The notes under the pieces: model-generated
The model's database searches: none
What the model saw: only the letters and a program-made list of their open reading frames with translations
What the model was told of the DNA's origin: nothing
Assembly (NCBI GenBank): GCA_037139515.1
Contig: JBAXGH010000004.1
Coordinates: forward strand, 7,514-71,513
Reading direction: 5' to 3'
Length of the DNA: 64,000 nucleotides
From: a bacterium
GTDB taxonomy: Bacteria; Patescibacteriota; Patescibacteriia; JBAXGH01
Translations under genes and position numbers: made by a program
Shown here: in pieces, positions 16,080 to 26,902 of the stretch
Position numbering within the stretch: the first letter of the stretch is position 1
Layout: every line of letters starts with the position of its first letter

Positions 16080-16305
16080 ATGATATGAGTGTTGCAGTTT
16101 TGTGGTCGGCGCGAATACGAGCCGCGAAGCGGCAGAATCCGGAACGATGACGACGAAAATAGCAATTTTCGATCGTTAGCGGAACGGATTCGAATCGCGA
16201 AGCGATTAAGTATTCGCGTTGCGGTTTCAAAAGTATTACCGAATGAAGCTGGGATGTATCGAGCAGGGCTCGATACACTCCTACCTTTTAAAAACCGCAT
16301 TCCTG

Positions 16306-16377
16306 TGCCGAAGGGCAGAGTCGAACTGCCTACGCCTGCCTCTTCAGGGCAGCGCTCTACCGGTGAGCTACTTCGGC
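16306..16377 (-). tRNA. tRNA-Phe (anticodon GAA)
   Basis: Manual fold: acceptor stem GCCGAAG/CTTCGGC, anticodon loop CTGAAGA, T-loop GTTCGACT, discriminator A. Confidence 0.8.
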
Positions 16378-16452
16378 AAGGGAATACGGTTTTTGATTGT
16401 GCCGTGACTGTCCCAAGGTCAGCCGATAACAGGTATGTTATCACCTAACCCT

Positions 16453-16528
16453 GGTGGGCGTGCCAAGAATCGAACTTGGGACCTCGTCATTATCAGTGAC
16501 GCGCTCTAACCATCTGAGCTACACGCCC
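16453..16528 (-). tRNA. tRNA-Ile (anticodon GAU), CCA encoded
   Basis: Manual fold: acceptor stem GGGCGTG/CACGCCC, anticodon loop CTGATAA, T-loop TTCGATT. It is not adjacent to the 16S gene. Confidence 0.8.
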
Positions 16529-16874
16529 GTGTTGTGAGTGATGTGGCCTGGGAGTTTTTACGCTAAATTCACGCAGTGAATTTTTATTGAACGATTGTGA
16601 TAGCCGAAAGCTTGCTTTCGAGCTATTCACAAGCGGTCAATAATTTCGCCGCAGGCGATTAGGCGTAAAAAAGTTTTGGCCGATTTCCGAACCGCGCGGC
16701 GGGTATCGATTGCAAGGCAATCGATACCTCTAGACTCCCGTCAAGATCCCTCGGCTTCGGGATGACAGCAAGGAGGGGATGGTGAATGGAAGGACTCTGC
16801 TTTTAGCCCGACTATCCTATCAAAACCTCGTCAGACAGGCAAGATGCGTGACGGGTCTGCTATAATAGTGGTCT

Positions 16875-18650
16875 ATGGAGGCAAAAAAGGAGGTTAAAAA
16901 TGGTGAAATATTCAAGTTCTTTTTTAAGCATGCCTGGCGATACAAACTTGCCTGTATCTGCTCGTTTTTAGTAGTTACCTTGGCCGTCTCAGGTGATTTA
17001 ATGTCACCTTGGTTCCAGAAAAATTTATTTGATCTGCTCACGAAAAATTCGCCCTCAAAAGAACTGCTGGGCGCTCTCGCGGTTGCTCTCGCCTGGGTAT
17101 TTGCCGCACGCATGATCGGTTGGGTAGGTTGGCGCTCATGGGGCTTTCTTCAGGTTTGGTTTCAGCCGAAAGTCATGGCTGATCTTCAGCAAACCGGTTT
17201 CGAAAACATGATCGGTCATTCGCACGACTTTTTTTCGAATGCTTTTTCCGGTTCTTTGGTTCGCAGAATTTCAAGAGTCGGGCGTGCTTTTGAAGGTGTG
17301 ATGGACGAGCTTTTTGCGAATCTATGGCCGACGGCTCTTGTAATCGTTGCCGCTCTTTTTGGCCTATATTCTCGCTTTCCAAGCCTCGCTTACATCTTCG
17401 CGGCTTTTATTGTGGTATTTATTGTTTTGAACTATCTCGCAACGATGTGGAAGATGAAGCTCGATGTGTTGCGCTCAGAAATGGATTCGAAGGTGACCGG
17501 TACGATTTCCGATGCAATCTCAAATAGTAGTGCGGTAAAGCAATATAGCGGCGAACTTTTTGAGGCCAGATTGATTCGTAATGTTTTAAATGCTTGGTCT
17601 GACCTGTATACGCGTGGCTGGCGAAGAGGTGAGTATGTGACTGCGGTTCAGGCTTTCGCTATGACAGTCATCAATATCGGAATCATGTGGTACAGCGTAA
17701 ATTTGTGGGTATCTGGAAGACTTTCAATTGGTGATTTGGTGCTGATTCAATCTTATCTTGGTATGGTCATGGATAAACTTTGGAATATCAGTCGATCATT
17801 CCGAAAAGTTTATGAGAGCCTTGCCGACGCTCGCGAAATGGTTGAAATCATAAATACCGAATACGAAGTTAAAGATGCTCAGGATGTAAAAAAACTTGCT
17901 GTAAAAGCCGGCGCCATTGAATTCCAAAATGTCGGCTTCGGTTTTAAAGAAGGTCGCAAAATACTGAAAGATTTTTCGCTTGCGATTAAGCCCGGAGAAA
18001 AAGTCGCGCTCGTCGGTCCATCGGGTGCCGGAAAATCGACGGTCACAAAGTTGTTGTTCCGCTTGTACGATATTCAAAAAGGCCAAATCATGATCGATGG
18101 TCAGGATATCGCGCAGGTGACGCAAAAAAGTTTGCGTGAAAATATCGCGCTCGTGCCGCAGGAGCCGGCGCTTTTCCATCGCACTCTTCGCGATAATATT
18201 CGCTATGGTCGCCGCAATGCGACGGATAAAGAAATCATCGAGGCAGCCAAAAAAGCGCATTGTCACGAGTTTATTTCAAAGCTTAAAGATGGCTATGATA
18301 CTTTCGTCGGCGAACGCGGCATAAAATTATCGGGCGGCGAAAGACAGCGCGTCGCAATCGCGCGAGCTATCTTAAAAGATGCGCCGATTTTGGTGCTCGA
18401 CGAAGCAACTTCAAGTCTAGATTCCGAATCCGAGCGTTTGATTCAGGACGCGCTACACGAATTAATGAAAGGCAAGACTTCAATCGTAATCGCGCACAGG
18501 CTTTCGACGGTTATGGAAATGGATCGGATTATCGTAGTTGAAAACGGTGAAGTGAAAGCGACCGGTACACACGATGAATTGCTCGGTGAAAAAGGCATGT
18601 ATCGAAAGCTCTGGAATATTCAGGTTGGCGGGTATGCCGGGAACGGTTGA
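16875..18650 (+). CDS. ABC exporter, fused permease and ATPase (MsbA/MdlB-like)
   Basis: An N-terminal six-TM region, Walker A GPSGAGKST, the signature LSGGERQRVAIARAIL and Walker B ILVLDEATSSLD. Confidence 0.85.
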   Translation: MEAKKEVKNGEIFKFFFKHAWRYKLACICSFLVVTLAVSGDLMSPWFQKNLFDLLTKNSPSKELLGALAVALAWVFAARMIGWVGWRSWGFLQVWFQPKVMADLQQTGFENMIGHSHDFFSNAFSGSLVRRISRVGRAFEGVMDELFANLWPTALVIVAALFGLYSRFPSLAYIFAAFIVVFIVLNYLATMWKMKLDVLRSEMDSKVTGTISDAISNSSAVKQYSGELFEARLIRNVLNAWSDLYTRGWRRGEYVTAVQAFAMTVINIGIMWYSVNLWVSGRLSIGDLVLIQSYLGMVMDKLWNISRSFRKVYESLADAREMVEIINTEYEVKDAQDVKKLAVKAGAIEFQNVGFGFKEGRKILKDFSLAIKPGEKVALVGPSGAGKSTVTKLLFRLYDIQKGQIMIDGQDIAQVTQKSLRENIALVPQEPALFHRTLRDNIRYGRRNATDKEIIEAAKKAHCHEFISKLKDGYDTFVGERGIKLSGGERQRVAIARAILKDAPILVLDEATSSLDSESERLIQDALHELMKGKTSIVIAHRLSTVMEMDRIIVVENGEVKATGTHDELLGEKGMYRKLWNIQVGGYAGNG

Positions 18651-18707
18651 CGTGGCCACTAATTTTGTGGTATATCGGGACGCGTCAATTGTGACGCGTT
18701 CCTTTTT

Positions 18708-19979
18708 TTGGAGGCAAGGATGCCCACTCATGAATACAATGGTGAAATGAGTGAAGCGCCTTTCGGGGGGCTTCCGATCGAGCCGTCAGGGGCTCGGTGT
18801 ATTGGCATGACGATCGAAGAGATTGCGCTCGAAGTCTTGATGGATGAGCCGGAGCTTCAGGAGAAAGCTCGCGCCTTCTTCAGGGCCAAGCAGGAGTCGC
18901 TCAGTTTGATCATGACGAGCAAGGCTGTTCAAAGGCTTTCCGGTTTGCGGATCTATGGTATTAAGTACGATCCGCGGCTCAACCTGAATGTCTCGATTCA
19001 CGACGACATGAGGCGGATCAAGGAAACGCCGTGTGCGCAGAGCCGGCTTTTCTTCATCCGTTTCATCGCCGGGCACTTTGTTGCGCTCGGCATCAGGATT
19101 GGACTGCTCGAGAACGTGCTTATGACCGGACTCATCGGCGTCATTCTGCACGATATCGGCCAGCCGGCTTTTTGTCCTGATGGTGACGCCCTGCTTGTTG
19201 AGCTCGGGCACGACCATCATGACAAACGGAGTGCTCGTCTCATCGCGGAGGACTCGGAAGTCATGCTCGCGATTCGGCGGGCCGATGTGGAAGTTGAAGA
19301 CGTCATTCAGATGATTCGCGGCAAGGGAGAGCTTTCGGTCCTGCGCGGCATCTCTATCCTTATCGGGTCAGTGGTTCTGGATGGTGAAATCACGGGGTAC
19401 GGACCCGGCATGGAGTTCTCGCGCAAGGTTAGGAAAACCATTCACGGCTTCGAGAAGAAGCATCTGAAGGTTTCGGACCAGGTGCATCTGAGCCAGCTTC
19501 TCAGTCATCGCACAGAGCTCTTGCGGAAAGTCTACTGCCACCCGTATAACCTGGTGGCCTCGTCGGCTTTCCGGTATGTCGTGAAGCATCTTGTTTCCGA
19601 ACATAAGTTTCCGATTAGGCTGATCGAATACGGCTCTGATGCGGAGGCGGAGGCCGGAATCGCGGGGACGATGAAGAGTATCCAGGGCGTGGTGCAGGAT
19701 TGGATTGTTTCTGCGCACAAATTGGGTCTCGGGAATCTTTACGAGATCCAGCGTTGGAAGATGCAGAAGTTCTTTACCCATGATAAGCATCGTGCATTCC
19801 TTGTGCACGCGGACCAGGGAGTCGCGGCGCGCACTTTTTCACTCTCGCCGGTCGACTTCACCGGTCGCGTGATCGACGTGGAGCTTCCGGATGGTCGCAG
19901 AAAAGCTCTGCGTGCCGATTCTGACTCGCTCCCGGAAGATGATCGCTTCTATCACACGCTCACCTGGAAAATGAGCTAA
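18708..19979 (+). CDS. HD-domain phosphohydrolase family protein
   Basis: GVILHDIGQ (an H..HD motif). Higher-GC gene with a GGAGGCAAGG ribosome-binding site. Confidence 0.6.
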   Translation: MEARMPTHEYNGEMSEAPFGGLPIEPSGARCIGMTIEEIALEVLMDEPELQEKARAFFRAKQESLSLIMTSKAVQRLSGLRIYGIKYDPRLNLNVSIHDDMRRIKETPCAQSRLFFIRFIAGHFVALGIRIGLLENVLMTGLIGVILHDIGQPAFCPDGDALLVELGHDHHDKRSARLIAEDSEVMLAIRRADVEVEDVIQMIRGKGELSVLRGISILIGSVVLDGEITGYGPGMEFSRKVRKTIHGFEKKHLKVSDQVHLSQLLSHRTELLRKVYCHPYNLVASSAFRYVVKHLVSEHKFPIRLIEYGSDAEAEAGIAGTMKSIQGVVQDWIVSAHKLGLGNLYEIQRWKMQKFFTHDKHRAFLVHADQGVAARTFSLSPVDFTGRVIDVELPDGRRKALRADSDSLPEDDRFYHTLTWKMS

Positions 19980-20079
19980 CAGCGCCCCTCCCGCCAAGCT
20001 TCGGCCGCGGGAGGTTTTTATTTGGGTCGAGTCTTGACTTTTGGTTTTTTTGATGTAATATCTCGTTTGGAGGTGAACC

Positions 20080-20616
20080 ATGGTTCACGAATCACTTGAT
20101 GGAGATGTCGAAGTTGATGTGGGTGATGGATTTGAATGTGCCTATGCAAAGGTGCTCGACCTGCTGCCGGAGGTGCGGCAAATGCCGGCCAAGGATTTCT
20201 TGCCGCGCACAGTGATGACTGACGACCTCGTGACGACGGTTCAGGATTATCTGAACAAGCTCGAGGGCGTCAATGAGAGGATGAAGCGAGAGCGGGCAGC
20301 AGAAGCGCGCACTGCGGCGCTCAAGGATATGGGCGTCAAGCATCTCTCGGAGACGATTGATTTGCTTGATCCTCGGGTACAGCAGGTGGCCGAGTTTCCG
20401 TCGCCACTCACGCCGACCTACTGTCGAGATCGCTGCGTCTTCCTTCTCCGCGACCCCGCGAGGCTTGAAGAACCACTCATCGTCGTGGGTGATGGTTTCT
20501 TGGACAAGGGTGTGGTTTGTGATGTGAAGAACCTCATCGAACGGGAAGCGCACGTCGCGGTCACCTTCGCGGATGATGTTCGTTCCGAGATTCGTCGGCG
20601 TCTGCAGATGAAGTAA
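20080..20616 (+). CDS. Hypothetical protein (178 aa; no recognisable motif)
   Basis: GGAGGTGA ribosome-binding site. Higher-GC. No recognisable motif. Confidence 0.5.
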   Translation: MVHESLDGDVEVDVGDGFECAYAKVLDLLPEVRQMPAKDFLPRTVMTDDLVTTVQDYLNKLEGVNERMKRERAAEARTAALKDMGVKHLSETIDLLDPRVQQVAEFPSPLTPTYCRDRCVFLLRDPARLEEPLIVVGDGFLDKGVVCDVKNLIEREAHVAVTFADDVRSEIRRRLQMK

Positions 20617-20717
20617 CTTCTTTTCGGCTCAGACCACGCGGCCCTGCGATTCACTCGCGCGGCCGCTTTTTAATATCCGGCGTCACGCGGTATAATAATG
20701 TTGAAGGATTCCGCTTT

Positions 20718-23700
20718 ATGGGTTCGGAGCTTGGTGTTGAAAATATTCTTGAACGCGAGCCGGATCATCGCGACACGCCAATAACAGAACCGCTTGAAAA
20801 ATTGCGGCGTGTTTTGGATACGGTCACGAAGGCGGAAAATATTCATAAAAAAGCACTCGAGGCTAATCAAAAAAAGGAAAAAGAGGCTGATGCGAGGTTG
20901 CATTCGCTGCGTGAAAAATCGACTGTTGAGCAGTTGGAGCATTTTGTCGGATTTGAAAAAGATCCGGAGTTTTTGGCTAAAATAGATGAGATAACTCAGA
21001 AGCTGGCTAAGGCCGCCGGGTTCACCAGAAAAGTGAAAACGATTTCTGTTTCCGGTGATACCATTAACGCTTTTGTTTATGTAGATAAATCGCCGGGTTC
21101 GAACGAGGACGCGCCCGGTGTTTATACCGGCTCACAAAATGAAGGGCATATTGTCTTTTTATATACCGGACTTGTAACCAAGCTTGCTGAACATTTAGCA
21201 AAGCAGGGAAAGAAACTCAACGAGGGTCATATAGCGGGTGTTTTAGCTCACGAGATGCGCCATCTGATTCAACAAAAAGAAAAAAGAAGCGAAAAAGTGA
21301 CCAGAAAACAGGAAGAATATGATGCTGATTTGGGTGGCGTCGAGTTGATGGGGCGTGCCGGGTATAGTCCGCGAGACGTGGTCGAGACGATGGACTTCTT
21401 AAAAGAGCTTTCCAAACGAATGCCGTATTCCAAGTCGCATCCGGCGGCCGCTAGTCGTATTGTCGAAATTTCAGGCCGGATTTCTAATCCTGATTTGCCG
21501 GTGCCCGGCATTGAAATTCCGAGTGTTGAACTTACGGCGCTTCCAAAAACCCAAACTTACGAAGGTAGATTCGATGAAAGTTTTGAAGCTTCGAAACCTG
21601 GGGGCGAGGTTACTGATTTTGTGCGCAATCTTTTGAGCAATTCCGAATCGATGTTTGATTTGCACGTTAAAAGATCTATCGCTTCAAGTGCGATAGATCT
21701 TGCATTTGCGAAAGAATTTGTGAACAGGCCTGAGATTCCGGGATTTTTCATGCAATATCTGCTTTTGGAAGGTCGGGCGGCGGAACAAGAAATTCAGAAT
21801 GAAGAAACTGTCATAAAAAATATCGAAGATGACGTTCTGGGTCTTGAAGCTAAGAAAATGTCAGGCGGTATCAGTAATGAAGAAGAATATAAACTCAATG
21901 AGTGGAAAGAAAGTATTCGCTTTCATCAAAAAAGTCTCGCTAGGGCTAAGCTTGGTGGCGATTCGCGTCTGCAGCTTACATATAATCTGACGCACGAATC
22001 GCGGCTCAAAGCTTGGGGTGGGGAACTTCCGCGGCTTGATTCCGAGGCTTCGCTTAGAATGCAGAGTAACACTGAGGAAAAGATTAACCGTGAAAAGTTT
22101 TTAGTTGAGAATGGATCATTAGCCGGTGGTCGCGAAGAAGCTCATTTGGAAGTTAAAGCTAATCAAAACGTAAATTGGGATGAGGCGGCTTCTGAGTGGT
22201 TAGCTGGAAAAGGTTTTTCAGGTGTTCATAAAGACACTCTTGAACTTGGTTATAAGCGAATTCAGGCTTCTTTTAAGAATGCTCAATCTAATAAAGATGA
22301 GTTGGTTAAGGGATTTGCTTTCGAGCTTGATAGGATGAATAGGCTGGAAGGCCTCGCGAAAGAGCAGGAATCGCGGCGACTGAGCGCTGTAGTTGCGGAT
22401 GATTTTAGGAATAAGTTTCAGGAAATACTTGATGCTGATCTGCCAAAAGATATTCCGGATAGCGAGCGTGCTCAAATATATGAACTATTTGCCGGAGCCT
22501 TTGATCCGATTCAATTAAGCGAGCCCGGCGCGAAAGCGGTTTTGGAATTTTTGAAAAAAGAGATCTTCGATAATAATTCGATAGATGTGGGCGGAAAGGC
22601 TGGAACGTTGACTAGCCAAAAGCCTGCAAGATTCAATTTGTATTATGTCGTTCGCGCGGTGGTCGAATCCGGGGTCAGTTTGGACGCCGAGTACTTAAAT
22701 AAAACAATCAGTGAACTTAAAATAAAATGCCCGGCTGAGATTTCCGCTTTCGAGCGCTTAGAGAAACTTAACCGTGAAACGCGGCTTTTGAGTGAGGAGG
22801 GCACAGCCGCGGGATATTATCTGGATACTGGTAGTAAACTACCTTCGGCCGAGCGTGATATTCTGAGAAAAAAAATAGTTTCTAACCTTTCTCGTTCGCA
22901 TCGGGATGTTTTTGGTTTTTTAATCCTTGCCTATGGTCTGTATCTCCCGAAAGATGGATTTCTGGATAAGGAATCATCGGCGCTTTTCTTGATTAAACTG
23001 ATTAAGGATGGCTACGACGATCATGTCATGACCGGTGTTCTTGGAAAACTCCAGGAGAAATCGCCGAGTGACAGAGAGACCAGACTTCGTATCGGCTCTT
23101 TGTATGATAGGCTGAAAAATCCAAGACGAAATACATATGATGCGTCGGGCAGCGAACTGGATTCGCTGTTGGAATTTATTAAAGCGGAAGGGATTCCGCT
23201 TCCAGAGGCGCTCGCCGAAGTCTATCGTCATAACCTTGAAGGCTCAGACGTATTTTTGGAGTATAAAAAACTTTGGCAGAACGGCGACCTGAAGGGTGCG
23301 GATTTAAGAAAATACTATGAGCTTATTCGCGGCATCGAAAGACGAACCAACGATTTCGGTTACGAACCGCATGCACACGGCATTCTGGCGTTCATTTCGG
23401 CGGAGCATTTTGAGAAAACTGATCCGGTCTTTGCTGCGAAAATCGTGGATGATCAGATGGGCGAATATAAATATAGTGAAAAAATTTATGAAGAGAAGCT
23501 TTCTTTTGAGCAAATAATTGCAGATTTCCCGAAAGGAAAACTTCGTAACGGTTTGCTTCATGATTGCTGGAAACGCAATGGTGCGAGTATTTCTGACTTT
23601 GAAAAGTTGAGCCCATTTTTCACTGAGGAACCGGAATCTTATGGGATGAAGGGTGAAAATAATCTCGGAGCTGGTTTTGTGATTATCTTCGGTAATAATA

Positions 23701-25970
23701 TCGAAGAGGGAAGCTTTGGCGGTAGCACGGAGGCTCAGAATAGTTATCGTGCGCGTGAGCAGAGCGGCGAAATGGTTGATTATAACTCCGGGCATTGGTA
23801 CGCAGATATAGATCGTCTGGGTTGCCTAGAATCCATCTACGCAAAACAACCAGAATATTTGCTGGATACCAAAAAGACATATTTAGAAAACAAAAAGAGA
23901 ATTCTTGAACTCTGCCCGAAATCACAATTTCGAGATTATCTTTTGATGAAAGCACTTGGTCTTGAGGTTCAGGGGAAACGTGGACTCTCGCGTGAATTTT
24001 CGATTTCACCGCTTGCTGATCGGCTGAATAATCCTGCTTTAATTGGCGCCACTGAAAATTCGGTTAATTTTATTGATACCTGGAAGTTTCCGGAAATGAC
24101 CCCGGCAATTTCAAAATATACTAAGTTTACGGAAAAAGCACGTGAAATTTTCAGCGAGCTTCGTTCCGATGATGCAAAAGATTTGCTTACAAGAATGGTT
24201 CTTGATAACGCGCCGAAAGATCTGCCGGAGCTTGAACTTCTTCGAATTACCGAATTTTATCCGGAGCCCTGCGTAGCGCGCGATGATTATCTGAAGAAGT
24301 TCATGCTTCGGAATTCTCTGAGCATTGAAAAGATTCAGGAGTTGCGCAAACTTTTCACGACCGAAGCGTTGCGTGGCGGGGAAGTTCCGCAAATGAAGAT
24401 GCTCGGACTGGAAGTCGCAAGAACCGAAGGGCGGCGACTCAAGAATAAAAAACGCAGTGATTATGTGAACTGGATTTTGGGCGTCGATAAGTATCCGCCG
24501 ACCGAAATGATGAATGCTGGCGGTGCTTTTGGTTTTTCTTTTGAAAGTATTCGCAACGGATTTGCGGGCTTAACCGAAACCGAACGCGAGCGTTCTTTTG
24601 ATGAGCTCCTTTTGCATGATGAGGGAATGCTGGATCCGAAGACTCCGGAGGATCACGAGGCGATGGATAATTTTTTGCGAAAAGTTTATCGCGAAAAATT
24701 TTCGGCTAAGAAAAATACAGAAGCGGAGGCGGAAAATGATATTTTTGAAAAAGTCTTCATGACGGTTTTTCAGAATTTCATTCCGGAGCGTCGAGCGAAA
24801 CTATTTTCCGCACTTTATTCGGCGATGAAAGATAAAAAAGGCGAGAGAATGGAATTCGAAGAGCTTGCCGGCACGTTTCTGGAACAAATTGGCGCCGTTG
24901 GAATCAAACTTGGCCAGATTCTTTCATCGAATGATAATTTACCTTTCAGCCGTGAGAATAAACCGATGCCGAAAAAGCTAAAAGATCGTCTGAAGCGGTT
25001 AAAAGATGGTGTTAGGCCGTTCTCAGTGATCGGTTCCGCTCAGCGCCTGGTTGATTTTGGTCTTGATAAGCAAGTCAAAACAATCGACGGACTCCTTGCC
25101 GCCGCTTCAATCAAGCAGGCGCATTCGGTAACGCTTGCGAACGGCGAGCGCGCGGTTTTGAAGGTGCGTCGCCCGGTTATCGATGATGTTCGCAATGATT
25201 TTGAGGTTCTGGGCGCGGTCTTTAAGGTTTTGAACGAAAATGGTTATCAGGTGCCAAAGTATCTATTGTCTGAGCTCGAAACCATCATTGCCGACGAAGC
25301 TGATTTCACCAAAGAGGCTTCAAACCAGCAGTTGCTTAGCGAAAATATGCCCGAGAGAGTTGGCGGCATGAAGGCGAAGACTCCGGAGATTAGCGCTACC
25401 GCGAGAGGCGTTATGCTTGAAAGGTTTGCTTCCAGCACACCGTATGAAAAATTCAAAAACAAGAATCCGGAAGAAGCTGGCAGAATTTCCGGCGATCTTG
25501 GGCTCGAGATATTGCGCGGGCTCACGAAGACCGGCGTTCTGCACGCCGATTTGCATGACGGAAATATTTTTGTCGATGGTGCCGGAAAAGAAATGACTCT
25601 GATTGACGCCGGTGCCGTTGCCGACATCAGAAAAGTTCAAAAATCAGTGCTCAGGATTTATAAAGGTCTCTCGATGAAAAATAGTCGCATGGTCGCGAAG
25701 TCGATTATCGCGCTTTCGGAGAAGTCCGACCTGGATGCAGAAGCCCTTGCCGGTTCACTCGAAGCAATCGTGAATAGCGGTGAAGGCGTTGATAAAAAGG
25801 CCACCAAACTTTCGTTTGAAATTCTTAATTCGGTTAATCCCGGACCGGAATTGCGATACTTTTTGAAAGCGCTCGCGACCGGCGGACATCATATCGATAA
25901 GATAGATGCGACGAAACCGAAAAATGCGTGGGAACTCGCAAAAGCCGGTGTTAGAATCATGGCTTCTTAA
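20718..25970 (+). CDS. Giant protein (1750 aa) with an N-terminal HExxH zincin-like motif, a long helical middle and a C-terminal UbiB/ABC1-family atypical kinase domain
   Basis: LAHEMRHL at ~aa 180. The C-terminus has AAASIKQAHSVTLANGERAVLKVRRP, VLHADLHDGNIFV and LIDAGAV, which matches the ABC1/UbiB kinase signature. Confidence 0.8.
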   Translation: MGSELGVENILEREPDHRDTPITEPLEKLRRVLDTVTKAENIHKKALEANQKKEKEADARLHSLREKSTVEQLEHFVGFEKDPEFLAKIDEITQKLAKAAGFTRKVKTISVSGDTINAFVYVDKSPGSNEDAPGVYTGSQNEGHIVFLYTGLVTKLAEHLAKQGKKLNEGHIAGVLAHEMRHLIQQKEKRSEKVTRKQEEYDADLGGVELMGRAGYSPRDVVETMDFLKELSKRMPYSKSHPAAASRIVEISGRISNPDLPVPGIEIPSVELTALPKTQTYEGRFDESFEASKPGGEVTDFVRNLLSNSESMFDLHVKRSIASSAIDLAFAKEFVNRPEIPGFFMQYLLLEGRAAEQEIQNEETVIKNIEDDVLGLEAKKMSGGISNEEEYKLNEWKESIRFHQKSLARAKLGGDSRLQLTYNLTHESRLKAWGGELPRLDSEASLRMQSNTEEKINREKFLVENGSLAGGREEAHLEVKANQNVNWDEAASEWLAGKGFSGVHKDTLELGYKRIQASFKNAQSNKDELVKGFAFELDRMNRLEGLAKEQESRRLSAVVADDFRNKFQEILDADLPKDIPDSERAQIYELFAGAFDPIQLSEPGAKAVLEFLKKEIFDNNSIDVGGKAGTLTSQKPARFNLYYVVRAVVESGVSLDAEYLNKTISELKIKCPAEISAFERLEKLNRETRLLSEEGTAAGYYLDTGSKLPSAERDILRKKIVSNLSRSHRDVFGFLILAYGLYLPKDGFLDKESSALFLIKLIKDGYDDHVMTGVLGKLQEKSPSDRETRLRIGSLYDRLKNPRRNTYDASGSELDSLLEFIKAEGIPLPEALAEVYRHNLEGSDVFLEYKKLWQNGDLKGADLRKYYELIRGIERRTNDFGYEPHAHGILAFISAEHFEKTDPVFAAKIVDDQMGEYKYSEKIYEEKLSFEQIIADFPKGKLRNGLLHDCWKRNGASISDFEKLSPFFTEEPESYGMKGENNLGAGFVIIFGNNIEEGSFGGSTEAQNSYRAREQSGEMVDYNSGHWYADIDRLGCLESIYAKQPEYLLDTKKTYLENKKRILELCPKSQFRDYLLMKALGLEVQGKRGLSREFSISPLADRLNNPALIGATENSVNFIDTWKFPEMTPAISKYTKFTEKAREIFSELRSDDAKDLLTRMVLDNAPKDLPELELLRITEFYPEPCVARDDYLKKFMLRNSLSIEKIQELRKLFTTEALRGGEVPQMKMLGLEVARTEGRRLKNKKRSDYVNWILGVDKYPPTEMMNAGGAFGFSFESIRNGFAGLTETERERSFDELLLHDEGMLDPKTPEDHEAMDNFLRKVYREKFSAKKNTEAEAENDIFEKVFMTVFQNFIPERRAKLFSALYSAMKDKKGERMEFEELAGTFLEQIGAVGIKLGQILSSNDNLPFSRENKPMPKKLKDRLKRLKDGVRPFSVIGSAQRLVDFGLDKQVKTIDGLLAAASIKQAHSVTLANGERAVLKVRRPVIDDVRNDFEVLGAVFKVLNENGYQVPKYLLSELETIIADEADFTKEASNQQLLSENMPERVGGMKAKTPEISATARGVMLERFASSTPYEKFKNKNPEEAGRISGDLGLEILRGLTKTGVLHADLHDGNIFVDGAGKEMTLIDAGAVADIRKVQKSVLRIYKGLSMKNSRMVAKSIIALSEKSDLDAEALAGSLEAIVNSGEGVDKKATKLSFEILNSVNPGPELRYFLKALATGGHHIDKIDATKPKNAWELAKAGVRIMAS

Positions 25971-25982
25971 CTTTAGAAAAAT

Positions 25983-26801
25983 ATGGAACCAAATGAGCAT
26001 ACGGGATTTAGTGATGTAAAGGATTCTCAGCGTGAGCCGACGGTTGCAAGGGCTCCAGATATTGATAAGCCTCATGCGGAGGAACCCGCTGAGCTGAAAC
26101 ATCGGCTCGCGTCGATGAAACGCGAGGATTTTGCTGAATATTTGATACATCATGGAAAAGAATTTGGTGAGATGGTTCAGATTCCGAGGTTTGGATCAGA
26201 CGTAAATCAGGTCTATGGAGTGATTACGAGAAGACCGGAGTTTCGCGGTCTTTCGGAAAAAGAAATCGATAAAGCGGTCAAGCCTTTGGAAGATGAAGTA
26301 TCGGGACCGTCACAGGTCTTTGGAATGCCACAGGTGATTCGTTCAATTAGAATTCAGGAAGAAACAAAAAATAGAGAAAATGTCGTTTATGAGTTTTCCG
26401 GCGCGTTCTTGAGTTGGAAATTTCGTAATGGCTCGACGGAAGACGTAGCTCATAAAAAAGCCTGGATTACGCTTCCAGATCCGCTTCATGAAATTACACC
26501 GCAACTAATAGGTAATGTGATTGAAGCTATCGTAGCTTCAGGTTTTTCAGGAAACCTGAAAATATTAAATCGCACCAAAGCAATAGTCAGACGCTACGAG
26601 AATATCACTATTCATGCGGATAACGATGAAGAACTCGATAAAGCGCAAAAAGCTGCGGTTCATGCCTTGCTCTTGGATGGCGTTATGCCGCAGGGTGTAG
26701 CGCGAGGACAGGATTCGGTCGAAATGTCTGATAATCAACTCTTGGCGGGAAAAATCTGCAAGGCGCTGACGCCAAATGGCAAAATAACCTGGTGGTTTTA
26801 G
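25983..26801 (+). CDS. Unknown-domain protein, paralog A (one copy of a ~250-aa domain)
   Basis: Shares ELK(H/R)RLASMKREDF...VITRRPEFRG...HKKAWITL.DP..EITP...TIHADNDDE.DKAQKA...PQGVARG with the two domains of the next gene. Confidence 0.6.
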   Translation: MEPNEHTGFSDVKDSQREPTVARAPDIDKPHAEEPAELKHRLASMKREDFAEYLIHHGKEFGEMVQIPRFGSDVNQVYGVITRRPEFRGLSEKEIDKAVKPLEDEVSGPSQVFGMPQVIRSIRIQEETKNRENVVYEFSGAFLSWKFRNGSTEDVAHKKAWITLPDPLHEITPQLIGNVIEAIVASGFSGNLKILNRTKAIVRRYENITIHADNDEELDKAQKAAVHALLLDGVMPQGVARGQDSVEMSDNQLLAGKICKALTPNGKITWWF

Positions 26802-26890
26802 GCGGACATCACATTGATAAAATTGATGTGAGCGATCCGAAGAGCGCTCAGGAACTCGCAAAAGCCGGTGTCAGAATCATGGCTTCTTAA
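26802..26890 (+). repeat. Duplicated 3'-end fragment of the giant gene (would encode GGHHIDKIDVSDPKSAQELAKAGVRIMAS*)
   Basis: Near-identical to 25881-25970 (GGHHIDKIDATKPKNAWELAKAGVRIMAS*). It is followed by the same spacer-and-start arrangement (ATGGAACCAA...). Confidence 0.6.
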
Positions 26891-26902
26891 TCTTAGAATA
26901 CT

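Noticed and set aside
16080-16305. Additional tRNA or ncRNA in the 225-bp spacer between tRNA-Pro and tRNA-Phe
   Set aside because: It contains GGATTCGAATC and several hairpins, but no cloverleaf can be folded. Left unannotated.
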